A stretch of DNA of 38,551 bases, from NCBI RefSeq assembly GCF_028641065.1, contig NC_073410.1, forward strand, positions 13,268,001 through 13,306,551. The letters are read 5' to 3'. The notes beneath the pieces are model-generated. The model searched no databases, was not told where the DNA came from, and saw nothing but the letters and a program-made list of their open reading frames with translations. The DNA comes from Leucoraja erinacea (Eukaryota). Below, one piece after another: positions 12,274 to 24,772 of the stretch (positions are counted from its first letter, which is position 1; every line of letters starts with the position of its first letter). The position numbers and the translations under genes were made by a program.

Positions 12274-12514
12274 TTTTTTCACACGGTGGTGAATCTCTGG
12301 AACTCTCTGCCACAGAGGGTAGTTGAGGCCAGTTCATTGGCTATATTTAAGAGGGAGTTGGATGTGGCCCTTGTGGCTAAGGGGATCAGAGGGTATGGAG
12401 AGAAGGCAGGTATGGGATACTGAGTTGGATGATCAGCCATGATCATATTGAATGGCGGTGCAGGCTCGAAGGGCCGAATGGCCTACTCCTGCACCTAATT
12501 TCTATGTTTCTATG
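12274..12514 (+). mobile_element. CR1/HER1 LINE 3' end
   Basis: Translates VVNLWNSLPQRVVEASSLAIFKRELDVAL (CR1 ORF2 end); ends in ttctatgtttctatg tail. Confidence 0.88.
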
Positions 12515-13741
12515 AAATGCAGGCTTTTGATGTGAAATAATTTTTCCCGATTTCACTATGTTAGGCCAACTCTAATTTGAACTTGGTGATAAACTTTTTT
12601 TCTGAATGCCCCCATTGGGGAAAAATCAATTTGCTGTGCAGGCTGTTCCTTGGTTACAAATATCTGTCTTGCAGGGAGGCTGACATGCAAACAACCTCCC
12701 ATGTTATTGATTTAAAACGTATGTAAAACCTAGTGTGATATCCATTACCTACAAAGGGGTGCACACCTCATTCAACCGTTCCTTCTCTTCAGAGGTGCTG
12801 CCTGTCCAGCTGAGTTACTCCAGCATTTTGTGTCCCTCTTTGGTGAAACCAGCATCTGCAGTTCCTTCCTATGCACACACCTCAAGCCTGTCATGATGTT
12901 GAGTTGTGTCACCTCTCTGAAGTTTTGCAAGGTTTCCAGTTCTTCATTTGCAGGGGTCAGATATGTGGATAGTTTCGCCATATTGTAACTGTCATAAGAA
13001 CCCCCCAGTTATTTAGTAGACTAATGAGAGATGGAAGCCAATGGAGTGTGTAACTCAATTATAGTGTGTGTGACGGGGTATGAGAGCCAGGTTTGTCTAG
13101 CGTTTCCACATCTTGTGTTGGTACACCACTCGCATGAAATTCTGCATGTCAAGATGTACAGTGGTTACCTCTTATTCAATGACACCACTGTATACCAGCC
13201 CCCAGCTCAAAATAATTGCCATTATATATCAGAGGGGCTCTGCAAAATATCCCAAAATAACTTGTTTCAACGAACCTAATAAGTAACTCTAAAAAGCTCC
13301 GGAATATTAAATTGCAGCCAATTTACTTCAAAGCTGACCACTGTTGCAAATAAATAAGTTGGAAATAATGAGGAAACCTATGCAGTCGCAGGGAAAACGT
13401 GCAAACTCCACTCAAACCGCGCCTGTAGTCGGGATTGAACCTGCGACACTGCCTTGTAAAGGCAGCCAATCTACCACTGTGCACATGGTGGATTTACCTG
13501 AAATAAACCATGGGAGTTTATGTTGTTGAGTTTACTGTCACATGCACAGGTTTGGAGTGGTAAAGGTACAATGAAAATCTTCCTTTGAACATCATCTCAC
13601 ACACACACAACTCATAGACTCGGATAATGTCCACAATCATTAATTGCACATACATTCTGCAAGATGATAAAAGAAAAAAACTTCAGAAAGGGGCAAGTTT
13701 GTGCAAAAGACAATTGGGGGAAAACGACTCCACAGCAGCAG

Positions 13742-14030
13742 GCACCGTGGTGCAGCGGTAGAGTTGCTGCTTTGCAACGCCGGAGACCTGGGTTCGATCC
13801 CAACTCTGGGCGCTGTTTGTATGTTGTCCCAGTGACTTTTCTCAGAGATCTTCGGTTTCCTCCCACGCTCTGAAGACATACAGGTATGTAGGTAAATTGG
13901 CATGGTAAAATGTAAAAAGAAATTGTCCCTAGTGTGTAGGATCGTGTTAATATGTGGGGATCGCTGGTCGGCGCGGACTCAGTGCGCCAAAGGGCTAGTT
14001 TCCACTCTGTATCTCTAAAACTAAAACTAA
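13742..14030 (+). mobile_element. Near full-length HE1-like V-SINE
   Basis: A/B-box-like tggtgcagcggtagag / gggttcgatccc, V-domain and ctaaaactaaaa tail. Confidence 0.88.
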
Positions 14031-14414
14031 TGCAAGAAATGGCCCATAGCGTTCTGTTGCCAAGGTCAGATTAGGATTGTGCCAGTTGGTTCAACATGCT
14101 GATAGTTTGTAGGAAAGCAGCTGTTTTTAAACCTGGTTCTATGTGCAGCTTCAGGCATTTCCCTCTCCAGGTGTGAAGAAGCTCTCTGGCTCCTGCACCG
14201 TGTGTGTGTGAACACAAAAAACAAACTTCCTTGCAGCTGTTTGCTGCAGTTGTGCTGACTGGAGGTGATCTGCTGCTGGAGGTGCCCTGGAGTCTGCATC
14301 TCCCACCAGCTGGGTTGTAGCTGGCATTACTAAAGACATTTCGGCTTGTCGTCTCGTGGTAAGTACAGACTTGGTGGGTAAGCGAGTGGTGAAGGTGAAC
14401 CTTTGCCTTGGCAA

Positions 14415-14660
14415 GGTAGAGTTGCTACCTTGTTAAATTCTGACCATGGGTGCCGTCTGTACGTTCTCCGAGTGGAGTTTCTCCAGGTGATCCGATTTCC
14501 TCCCACACTCCAAAGAAGTACAGGTTTGTAGATTAATTGGCTTCAGTAAAATTGTAAATTGTCCCTAGTGTTTGGAGAATAGCGTTAGTGTGCAGGGATC
14601 GCTGGTCGGTGCGGACTCGGTGGCCCGAAAGGCCCGTTTCCACACTGTCTCTAAAATAAA
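14415..14660 (+). mobile_element. V-SINE
   Basis: Matches the consensus of the other copies. Confidence 0.8.
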
Positions 14661-14715
14661 TTCTCAGATTAAAAAATACTTATTTTTGTGCTGAACATGT
14701 AGTCTGCTCCAAGTT

Positions 14716-14842
14716 TCTGAAGAAGGGTTTCGGCCCGAAACTTTGCCTTTTTCCTTCGCTCCACAGATGCTGCTGCACCCGCTGAGTTTCTCCAGCATTT
14801 TTGTGTACCTGGGATTTTCCAGCATCTGCAGTTCCTTCTTAA
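14716..14842 (+). mobile_element. PLE pLTR, subfamily 2 (gggtttcggcccgaaac)
   Basis: ctgaagaagggtttcggcccgaaac...gctgcacccgctgagtttctccagc...cagcatctgcagttcc. Confidence 0.75.
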
Positions 14843-15559
14843 ATACCATCTTAAATATGTTGTTTAAAGGCAAAAAAATTGAAGAAAAAAAATCAAATCC
14901 TCTGATTTAAATTGCTTCACAGAGACTTTCTATTTGATTTTAGCAAGAAGTGCGTTTTTGGACACTGTGAATTCCCGGAATGGTGATTGTGGCCACAGCA
15001 AACACTCAAAAATTCCATAGATACACAAATGATGCACTCATGTCGAATGTCCAAAGTCTACGTTCAAAAGCAAGTCAATAGAGTCACAGCATACAGTGAT
15101 AGGTGGCCCTCCAACATCTCCGGGAGTTGCCCATTTACCCACTTCCACATTCGCCTGCAGATATTTCTTTTTCAATAACAAAAAACCAAATCTCTTTCAA
15201 AAGTTTCTCATGAATGCTTCATCTATGCTTCTAGCTCCTGAGATCAGGCCGTGAGCAGAAAACCATGAGGAAGGGATAAGAGTTTTAGTTTAGAGATACG
15301 GCATGGAGACAGGCCCTTCAGCCCACCAAGCCTATCGATCACCCATTCACACTAGTTCTATGTTATCCCACTTTCACATCCACTCCCTGCACATTACGGG
15401 CAATTTAAAATGCCAATTAAAGTGGGGGAAGGTGAGCGAGATGGAAGAGGGGCCAACGGGACTAGAGAAGGGACTTGACCCGAAACGTCACCCATTCCTT
15501 CTCTCCAGAGATGCTGCCCGTCCCGCTGAGTTACTCCAGCATTTTATGTCTCTCTTCGT

Positions 15560-15838
15560 GTTAGAGATGCAGCGTGCAACCAGGCTCTTCGGCCCACCGA
15601 GTCCGCACCGACCAGCGATCCCCGCACATTAGCACTATCTCACACACACAATTGGGACACTTTATGGCTATGCCAAGCCAATTAACCTTCAAACCTGTAC
15701 GTCTTTGGTTTGTGGGAGGAAACCGAAGATCTCTGAGAAAACCCACACGGTCACGGGGAGAATGAACAAACGGCACCCGTCGTCGGGATCGAACCCGGGA
15801 CTCGGCCGCTGTAAAGCAGCAACTCTACCGCCGTGCCA
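15560..15838 (-). mobile_element. HE1-like V-SINE
   Basis: CpG-rich, well-preserved reverse copy. Confidence 0.85.
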
Positions 15839-16585
15839 GGTGTTCGGTGTGTAATGCATGCACAACAAAGAATTTCACTGAAGCATGTGCACACGTGACA
15901 ATAATGAATCGATCAATATTTGGAATTAGCACGAAGAGGCAGAATTCCTAATCAATGGGCTTATTTGAGCAGGTTGGGTGAAGCATGGATGTAAAGCACA
16001 TCCAGGAGCGAGTGAGATGCAGTGTTGCTGAGCATAAAATCCTGCTTCTCTGTGAATAAATCCCTTAAGTTAAAGCACTAAACGATTAGAGATTGGTTGC
16101 TATGCTACTGAGTCCAGAGGTGATGCTAGACTGTCTCTCGGGCAAGCTTGTTGTGTTATTCCTGCTACTTGTGTAATGCAGCAGCTGAGCTCAGCGAATG
16201 TAAAAACCTTTCCATTCTAGGGTGGCCCAACTCAGTAAAACACATTGAAGAGTACCCTGGTCTCCAGCTATGAAGGAAATGGCCCCGGCTACAGATCAGT
16301 CCAGTGGTCCACCATCCCATCGCTGTGGCCAAACCTTGGACTGGAACGCTGACTGCCAACTGATCGTGGAGGTACCATCCAGACCTCACCCAACACTGGA
16401 AACAAGCTTCCCTGTGGAGCTCGTGTGAGCGGAGCTAGAACTCCCGAGACTCTATTAATAATGTATTTGGATATGATGACAGTGTTCTTCAAAGCATGTG
16501 ATGGTGCCTGCTTGATCCATCATAGGCTGCCAGCTAAATCAATAAGACTGAAAGAACGATCTCTGCATTTGGAACAGACTGGATG

Positions 16586-17072
16586 TGGGTGGTGCAGCTG
16601 GTAGAGTCACTGCCTCACAGCACCAGAGACCAGGGTTCTATCCTGACCTCTGTTTGTGTGGAGTTTGGATGTTCTCCCTTTGAGATTGTTGTTTTTTTTC
16701 CCCTCGGTGCTCTGATTTCCTGCCACATGCCAAAAACGTCCAGATTGAGAAGCTTGACCCTGACTATAGATCAGCCCAGTGGGCTTGCACCCCATCCCGG
16801 TCTGAAGAAGGGTCCCAACCCAAAATATCACCCATTCCTTTTCTCCCGAGATGCTGCCTGACCCGTTGAGTTATTCTGGCATTTTGAGTATCTAGGTTGG
16901 GAAGTTAATTGGCTTTTGTAAATAGTCCCCTATATGTATGTAAATGATTTAAATTGTGGGGGGGTAAAAAAAAAATTGAGTTTAGAGTATGGTGAGTATG
17001 AATCCTTTGGTTTGTGGTCAGGGAGGCCTTGGTGGGCTGTATGGCCTGTTTCCCTGCTGTATCTCTCTCTCT
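16586..17072 (+). mobile_element. V-SINE interrupted by a PLE pLTR (~16798-16893)
   Basis: SINE head/V-domain, then ctgaagaagggtccc... repeat, then SINE tail. Confidence 0.7.
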
Positions 17073-17416
17073 AACCTCCCACAAAGTACAAAACACAAGA
17101 CAATGTTTCCTTATTTTTGGAATATGGGCAACATTTGTTCCTGCCTTCCACAGGCTAGAGTTGCCACTTACAAATAATGGAGATAGATTCACCCACAGAG
17201 CTGCCTTGCTGAACCTTGTGGACTCTCTCCTAAACAGCAACAGAGGACAAAGTATTAAAGTCGTCCCACACAATAACACTCCGATAAATATCTCCTTACA
17301 CCATCTATATGCACCACTCTGCATCCTCTTTAGAAAGGCAAAAGGAAACCGATGGAAACAATTTACACATGTGATTTTTGACGAAGCATATGCAGCAACA
17401 ACTCGACGGGTGGCAA

Positions 17417-17710
17417 GGTGGTGCAGCGGTAGAGCTGCTGCCTTACAGCGCCCAAGACCCGGGCTCAACCCTGACCACGGGGGCTGTCTGTGTGAGCTTT
17501 GTACCTTCTGCCCATGACTGCGTGGGTTTTCTCTGGGTGTTCAGGTTTCCTCCCACACTCCAAAGACATACAGGTTTGTAGGTTAGTTGGCTTTGGTAAA
17601 GACTGTAAATTGGCCCTAGTGTGTAAGAGAGTGTTAATGTACTGGTTGCTGCAGACTCGCTAGGCCAAAGGGCCTGTTTCCGTGCTGTATCGCTAAACTA
17701 AATCTAAACT
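17417..17710 (+). mobile_element. Near full-length HE1-like V-SINE
   Basis: ggtggtgcagcggtagagctgctgccttacagcg...ctaaactaaatctaaac. Confidence 0.88.
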
Positions 17711-18054
17711 ATAACTTTATAATCAATATATTTCCTCTCAGATCTCCTCAATTTAACGATGCATTTGTTATACCCGAGATGTCCACTTCACTTGCCCTCT
17801 ATTCCTACAGCCCACATCCTCTCAGTGAGCCCTGTCCAGTGATGGCTACAACATATATCAGGTCGGTTGGTCAGTCATATCCTGGCTCATCTTGCACATC
17901 ACACTCAATTCAATGGATATTATCACGGTGGCGATTGATAGATTCGTGATTAGTACAGGAGTCGGCGGTTATGGGGAGAAGGCAGGAAAATGGGGTTGAG
18001 AGGGGTGAGATACCCACTCTGACCCTTCTCCTGCTCTCCGTCCAAGTAAAGCTA

Positions 18055-18480
18055 TACCCGGTTGCTAAGGACTTTAATTCTCCTTCCCATTCCCACACAG
18101 ACCTTTCTGTCCTCTGCCTCCTTGCCTCCTCCATTGTCAGAGTGAGGCTAAATGCAAATTGGAGGAACAGCATCTCACATTTTGCTTGGGCAACGTACAG
18201 CCCAGTGGTATGAATATTGATTTCTCTAACTACCAGTAACCCCAGCATTCCCTCTCTCTGTATCCCACCAACACCCAAGTCACACCAGCTGCTCGTTTTC
18301 ACCCAACAACAGCTAACAATGGCCTGTTTACTTAATCCTTGTTACTTTTTTGCATTTCTTTCATTCATTGTTCTTTATCTCTCATTTCCCTTATCAAAGA
18401 CTAGTCTAAAGAAGGGTCTATATCCAAAACGTCCCACATTCCTTCTTTCCAGTGATGCTGCCTGTCCCGCTGAGTTACTA
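18055..18480 (+). mobile_element. Penelope-like element 3' remnant: GIY-YIG endonuclease C-terminus plus pLTR
   Basis: Frameshifted PVAKDFNSPSHSHTDLSVL/LHCQSEAKCKLEEQHLTFCLGNVQPSGMNIDF, typical of the PLE GIY-YIG end. Followed by a pyrimidine-rich UTR and a decayed hammerhead-type repeat at ~18405. Confidence 0.8.
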
Positions 18481-18611
18481 TCTAAAGTTATACCTAGCTG
18501 TGCCCATAGACATTAACCCATCAGCATGCCACCAGGGACTGCTTCTGGAGTAAGCAGAAATAGTGCCTCAAGAACCATTTTGGTTTTTTTCAGTATTTAC
18601 GTTGTCATTTC

Positions 18612-18940
18612 ATAGAAACATAGAAATTAGGTGCAGGAGTAGGCCATTCGGCCCTTCAAGCCTGCACCGCCATTCAATATGATCATGGCTGATCATCAAC
18701 TCAGTATCCCGTACCTGCCTTCTCTCCATACCCTCTGATCCCCTTGGCCACAAGGGCCACATCTAACTCCCTCTTCAATATAGCCAATGAACTGGCCTCA
18801 ACTACCCTCTGTGGCAGAGAGTTCCAGAGATTCACCACTCTCTGTGTGAAAAAAGTTCTCCATCTCGGTTTTAAAGGATTTCCCCCTTATCCTTAAGCTG
18901 TGACCCCTTGTCCTGGACTTCTCCAACATCAGGAACAATC
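18612..18940 (-). mobile_element. CR1/HER1 LINE 3' end
   Basis: Near-identical reverse complement of 12274-12514, extended further 5'. Confidence 0.88.
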
Positions 18941-20014
18941 TTCGGGAACAACATCGGGAACAATTTCACCGAGTACTTGCATACACAGAGGAAACAAAAA
19001 ATTGTTTCATCAGTTTTTGTCAGTGCAATTAATAAAAACAGAAATAAATACATACAACTTAAAAATTATATCTAAAATAGACCTAAAATTGAACTAAAAA
19101 ACAGACATTCAAACCGAACAGTGACTTTACCTTGACGGGTGTCTAGATGTCAAGGTTTGGGTGAGGTTAGATGTGGGGGGTGTTGACTGGTAGCCGTTTC
19201 ATTTGCACTGTAAATGGCTCGATTGTAATCATGTATTGTCTTGGTGCTGACTGGATAGCAAGCAACAACAGCTTTTCACTGTACACTGGCGCACTGATCT
19301 TCTATACTTCAATAGTTCAGCCTCCCCATTCGGCGCTGAATGTTATGTAGATGTTAGATCTGCTCTTGTCTTAACTGGGTGTAGACATACAACCCTTGTG
19401 CAGGTGAATAGCCAGGTAACGGACAACAATGCCAAGCATGGAACTGGTCCACATTGCCAAACAATTGTCAATTCCATGCAGGGCAGTCGGGCATGCATTG
19501 TATCCTGGTCAATATTTACCTCTCACTGTATTTGACAGTATCTGCAGTTCCCACCTACACATTATTTGTTCCCCATTGTATTCGGATTGTGCTATTTTGC
19601 TGGGTCAAGCACGGCTTCTCCTTTTCCAAGGGTTACTACAGTGAGTCAAATTCAGCATCACTTAATTGACTAAACAAGTGTGGAGTTGTGACGCTCAGCT
19701 GCCTACAAGTGCAAGTCTGCCCTTCTTTACGCTGGTATTTCTAAAACAAGGAAGAAGCAGCAGCCGTGATCTTTCGGAACGGACTCTGTTCCCTCTGCTT
19801 TTCCAAGTGGGCATTGAATCCACAAGCAGCCAGGTTTGTGACTGTTTGTACACCCGCTTCCACAGTACATCAATCCTCTCCTCTTTTCCCCTTCCTTTAC
19901 TCCTGCATAGACATGTCCCAGCCTCCCGCAACCATCCTTGTGTCAGTGCAATGACTTTCAGTAACATCTGGAGGTAAGCAGAGCTTTGCAAAGTGTGAAT
20001 AGATTATACCAACC

Positions 20015-20642
20015 AGCGGTAGAGTTACTGCCTTACAGCGAATGCAGCGCCGGAGTCCCGGGTTCGATCCTGACTACGGGTGCTGCCTGTACGGAGTTTG
20101 CACGGTCTTCCCATGACCTGTGTGTGTTTTCTCTGGGATCTTCAGTTTCCTCGCACATCTCGTAAGATGTACAGGTTTGCAAGGTTAATTGGCTTGGTAA
20201 ATGTGAAGGCCCTGTCCCACTGTACGAGTAATTCAAGAGCTCGCCCGAGTTTTTAAAAAAAAAATCAAACTCGTGGTAAGTACATAGAATGTATGTAGCG
20301 GCTACATACATCGGAGCTCATGGACGTCTCGTAGCGGCTCGAAACGCTAACGGCAGGTACTCGGGAAACGCGGAAACTCGTGAAGTTTTTTCAGCACTGT
20401 GAAAAATATCCACGAAAGCCCCCAAGCACCTACGAACGGCTACCACCGTAATTCTCCGAGTTCGAATCGGGGAAACTCAGGAGAACTCTTGAATTACCTC
20501 GTACAGTGGGATGGGACAGGCCCTTAAAACATTTTGCCCCTAGTGGGTATAGGATAATGTTAATGTGCAGGGATCGCTGGTTGGCGCGGAGCCGGTGGGC
20601 CGAATGCCCTGTTTCCGTGCTGTATCTCTAAACTAAACTAAA
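20015..20642 (+). mobile_element. HE1-like V-SINE with nested MITE
   Basis: SINE sequence is split at ggtaaatg/taaaac by the 20207-20524 insertion. Confidence 0.85.
20207..20524. mobile_element. PIF/Harbinger-like MITE, family A (nested in SINE)
   Basis: TIR aggccctgtcccactgtacgag / ctcgtacagtggg...acaggccct; 3-bp flanks tga/taa at a site that is TAA in uninterrupted SINE copies. Confidence 0.85.
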
Positions 20643-20889
20643 CGGTGTGATAGAGGTTTCAGATATAGACTGGGTGAACACACAGAGGCACGTGAAGCAG
20701 GGATGAGAGACGGCTGCCGTCTCCACTTGGCTCCACCCACTCACATTGGGCAGTGAAACTTAAATTTAGAAATAAAGGCACATAGAGTAGAAGTAAGGAA
20801 CCGCAGATGCTGGTTTACAAAAAAAGATACAAAGCGCTGGAGTTATTCAGCGGGTCAGGCAGCATCTTTGGAGAACAGAGATAGGTGAA

Positions 20890-21437
20890 GATTCAAGAGT
20901 CTTTATTGTCATGTGTCCCAGATAGGACAATGAAATTCTTGCTTTGCTTCAGCACAACAGAATATAGTAGGCATACCTACAGATCAGTGTGTCCATATAC
21001 CAATGAATATATATATATATACACACATAAATAAGCAGATAAAATGCAATGGGCTATTAATGTTCAGTTTTGTTTTAGGAGTTTAATAGCCTGATGGCTG
21101 TGGGGAAGTAGCTATTCCTGAACCTGGATGTTGCAGATTTCAGGCTCCTGTACCTTCTACCTGAAGGTAACGGGGAGATGAGTGAGTGGCCAGGATGGTG
21201 TGGGTCCTTGATGATGCTGCAGGCCTTTTTCAGGCAGCGACTGCGATAAATCAACTCGATGGTAGGGAGGTCAGAGCCGATGATGGACTGGGCAGTGTTT
21301 ACAACTTTTTGTAGTCTTTTCCGCTCCTGGGCGCTGAAGTTGCCGAACCAAGCCACGATGCAACCAGTCAGCATGCTCTCTACTGTGCACCTGTAGAAGT
21401 TCGAGAGAGTCCTCCTTGACAAACCGACTCTCCGTAA
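20890..21437 (-). mobile_element. Rex1/Babar-type LINE 3' fragment
   Basis: ORF LSNFYRCTVESMLTGCIVAWFG...LPSGRRYRSLK...RFRNSYFPTAIRLLN plus 3' UTR with acaataaa. Confidence 0.85.
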
Positions 21438-22486
21438 TGCTGCCTGGCCCGCTGCGTTACTCCAGAGGATAGACAGAAAATGCTGGAGTAACTCAGCGGG
21501 ACGGGCAGCATCTCTGGATGGAAGGAATGTGTGACATTTTGGGTCGAGACCCTTCTTCAGACTGGGGGTGGGGGGGGGGGGAGAGATTTACCCCTGCACT
21601 CTTTTTTTCTCTCCAGGAAATGAGGATTTTTTTGGCCACAATTCAACTTTCCAAAGAAGGGTCTTGACCCAAAACTGTACTTGGTCATGTTCCCCAGAGA
21701 TGCTGCCTGACCCGCTGAGTCACTCCAGCATTCGGTGTCCTTTTGAGTACAACTGCAAAGGTCAAGTGGAAGAAACCCGCTGAGTTCCCGACACTGAGTG
21801 AGAGTACAAGCAGGGCCATATCAGACCAAGACCTGGGGCATAAGCGTTTATTTGTCTAAATCCCCGCAAACCTTGTGGTTGGGATTAATGCAAGTCACTC
21901 CGTGCCAATTAGTGGCGTGATTTATTCCGTCTCAGTGTCTCACCCTGTACTCTGACACTGGCCGGCTTCAGTGTGAGTAACCGGAGCCCAGGCTGAAGCC
22001 TCCCGCAGAGGAGGAACGCATTTCACTCGCTTACTGCCGTCTGGCTTCTCCTCTCCCAAGGGTTACTAAAAGTCATTGCACTGGCACAGTGGTGGAGGCA
22101 GAGCTGCCGGCTGTGGCGTGTCATGGCAGGCGTTGGGGGAGGGGGAGAGGAGAGGAGAGGATTAGCGAGCAAACCGGGTGAGTCAGGAGTATCGCAACAG
22201 CCGAGTGACCCATTGTAATTAGTAATGCGCAAATTCCAGGCCTGTCTCTGCTGCCACTGCAAGCAGGAAAGCTTGGGAGGTGGAGAAAGGAGCTCCAGGG
22301 AGGTGTGCAGCACCACAACAAGCAGGAGGCCAGGAACCTGAGCTGCAAAATGGACAACACACACTCAATTCCAACGGCCAGACACAAGTTCACCGGTTGA
22401 AGCTGGTGGAGGGTCGACCTGTCGAGGTCAGGCCTAGTCACCCACAGCAGGAAATACAACCACAGATGAACACATTCCGTTGTGTT

Positions 22487-22612
22487 TAAGAAGGAACTGC
22501 AGACGCTGGAAAATCGAAGGTAGACAAAAATGCTGGAGAAACTCAGCGGGTGCAGCAGCATCTATGGAGCGAAGGAAATAGGCAACGTTTCGGGCTGAAA
22601 CCCTTCGTCAGA
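22487..22612 (-). mobile_element. PLE pLTR subfamily 2 with intact hammerhead core (22584-22611)
   Basis: Minus strand reads CTGACGA-A-GGGT-TTCA-GCCC-GAAA-C-GTT; palindromic AACGTT. Confidence 0.75.
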
Positions 22613-23023
22613 CATTCCCTTCTGCAAACAGGACAACGTCAAAGCCACACCATCATCTCATACAGATGGACAGATGCCAACTATATCTCTCCTGTATCTA
22701 CAGTCATTACCATCCTCCTCGGTATTCACAGCACAGAAACAGGCCATTCAGCCCAGCAGCTCCATGCTAGTATTTATGCTGGCCAAGTTTCCTCCTATCT
22801 CACCATAACCCCACTCTCGTGCACCATCTCTTGCACATCGAGCTTTATCTCTACCATGCCATACTTTGTGCTTCTTATTTATCTACTGATTGCATTTATT
22901 GCCAATCCTAACTTTATGCTTCCTGGCTCCGGACTCTGGCCAAAGAGTTTACATAATTGTATTCAATCAGTGATAGTTACCATGGAGACACAGAGAAGCT
23001 GGGAAGGCTGAAGATGTGAGCTA

Positions 23024-23420
23024 GGGGACTTATCGCAGTCGCTGCCTCAAAAAGGCTGGCAGTATCATCAAAGACCCACACCATCCTGGCCACACTCTCA
23101 TCTCCCTGCTACCTTCAGGTAGAAGGTACAGGAGCCTGAAGACTGCAACAACCAGGTTCAGGAATAGCTACTTCCCCACAGCCATCAGGCTATTAAACCT
23201 GGCTTGGTCAAAACTCTGATTATTAATGACCACTTTCTGCTATTTGCACTTTACCAGTTTATTTATTCATGTGTGTATATATTTATATCATGGTATATGG
23301 ACACATTTATCTGTTTTGTAGTAAATGCCTACTATTTTCTGTGTGCTTAAGCAAAGCAAGAATTTCATTGTCCTATACAGGGACACATGACAATAAACTC
23401 ACTTGACTTGACTTGACTTG
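23024..23420 (+). mobile_element. Rex1/Babar LINE 3' end
   Basis: Highly similar to 36181-36810; aataaa plus (acttg)n tail. Confidence 0.85.
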
Positions 23421-23479
23421 AGGATGGTCAGATGGTATGGAATCATATTCCCAGTGCTTTTAAGCAGTCGGGATATTTC

Positions 23480-24410
23480 ATTTAGAATTTAGAGATACAG
23501 CATGGAAACAGGCGCTTCAGCCGACCAATTCCACCCTAACTATTGATCACCCATTCCCACGAGCACCGACCAGCGATCCCCGCACAATCCACTATCCTAC
23601 ACACTAGGGACAATGTACATTTATACCGAGCCAATTAACCTACAAACCTGTACATCTTTGTACTGTGGGAGGAAACCGAATAACTCTTGAGAAAACTCAC
23701 GGGGAGAACGTACAAACTCCGTACAGACAGCACCCGTAGTCGGGGTCGAAGCCGGGTCTCCGGCGCTGTAAGACAGCAACTCTACCACTCTGCCCTAGTT
23801 CTATGCTATCCTACTTTCTCATCCACTCCCTACACACTCTGGACGGTCTACAGAGGCCAATTAACCTTTGGGATGTGGGAGGACACCTGAGCACGTGGAG
23901 GAAAGCCACACAATCACAGGGAGAACGTGCAAACTCCACACAGACAGTACCCGAGCTCCGGGTCTATGGTGCCGTGAGGAAGTTCTAGGATAATATATGA
24001 GCGGCACAGAGATACACCATTAGAGTTGCTGCTTCACAACTGCAGCGGCCCGGGTTCAGTCCTGATCTTGGGTGCTCCGATATACTCCGATACACTATAT
24101 TCCAAAGACATGTGGTTGGTAGATTGGAGAAACAAGGAACTGTAGATGCTGTTTTAGTAAAAAAAAAGACCCAAATTGCTTGGGGAACAACGAGTCAGGC
24201 AGCATCCCTGGAAAACATTGGCACGTTGTGTCTATTTTGGTTGGCAGGTTAGTTGACCACTGCAGATTGACTGTAATGAGTGGTGGGAACTGAGAGAACT
24301 GATGGGAAGAATAAAACAAGATGAGCGTAGGATTAATGACCGTAGGATGTGCGGTTAATGATCGGCACAGACTTGATGGGCTGAAGGGCCTGTTCCTGTA
24401 CTGCATGATC
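23480..24410. mobile_element. Cluster of V-SINEs (two minus, one plus) with an inserted pLTR piece
   Basis: Repeated SINE V-domain and tail segments. Confidence 0.7.
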
Positions 24411-24489
24411 AATGAAACATAATATAAATGGGCAATGACTGTGTTGAATTTACTGGAAGCCCTGTAACATCTATGTGAGGCCGGCAGCC

Positions 24490-24660
24490 TCCCCATTTTA
24501 ATTCCCCTTCCCATTCCCACACTGGCCTTTCCGTCCTGGGCCACCTCCATTGCTAGAGAGAGGGTACATGCAAATTGGAAGAACAGCACTTCAGATTCCA
24601 CTTAGACAACTAACAACCCAATGGTAAAAACATTGAAGTAATCAATTTTAGCTAAACTCT
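24490..24660 (+). mobile_element. Degraded PLE GIY-YIG fragment
   Basis: HFNSPSHSHTGLSVLGHLHC*...KLEEQH; homologous to 18055-18230. Confidence 0.72.
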
Positions 24661-24737
24661 CACCCTTCAACACAACTACATCCTACAATTCCTCCCCCTT
24701 CTGTCATGGGGGTAGACTGAGACTGATTGATTCCCCC

Positions 24738-24772
<35 letters not shown>

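Noticed and set aside
12880-12981. Protein-like minus-strand ORF MAKLSTYLTPANEELETLQNF
   Set aside because: In-frame stop just upstream, weak splice sites and no family I recognise.
13745-13815. tRNA gene
   Set aside because: tRNA-derived SINE head continuing into the V-domain; no acceptor stem or terminator.
16905-17517. Overlapping 187-aa and 167-aa ORFs
   Set aside because: Partly SINE-derived, with no recognisable domain or splice structure.
19946-19956. CAGTGCAATGA resembling miR-130/301
   Set aside because: Only the seed-proximal part matches and I see no precursor hairpin.
24735-24769. Poly-C tracts (also ~5036, 10524, 26497, 37505) as G-quadruplex elements
   Set aside because: Simple homopolymers, often in TE tails, and their lengths are error-prone.
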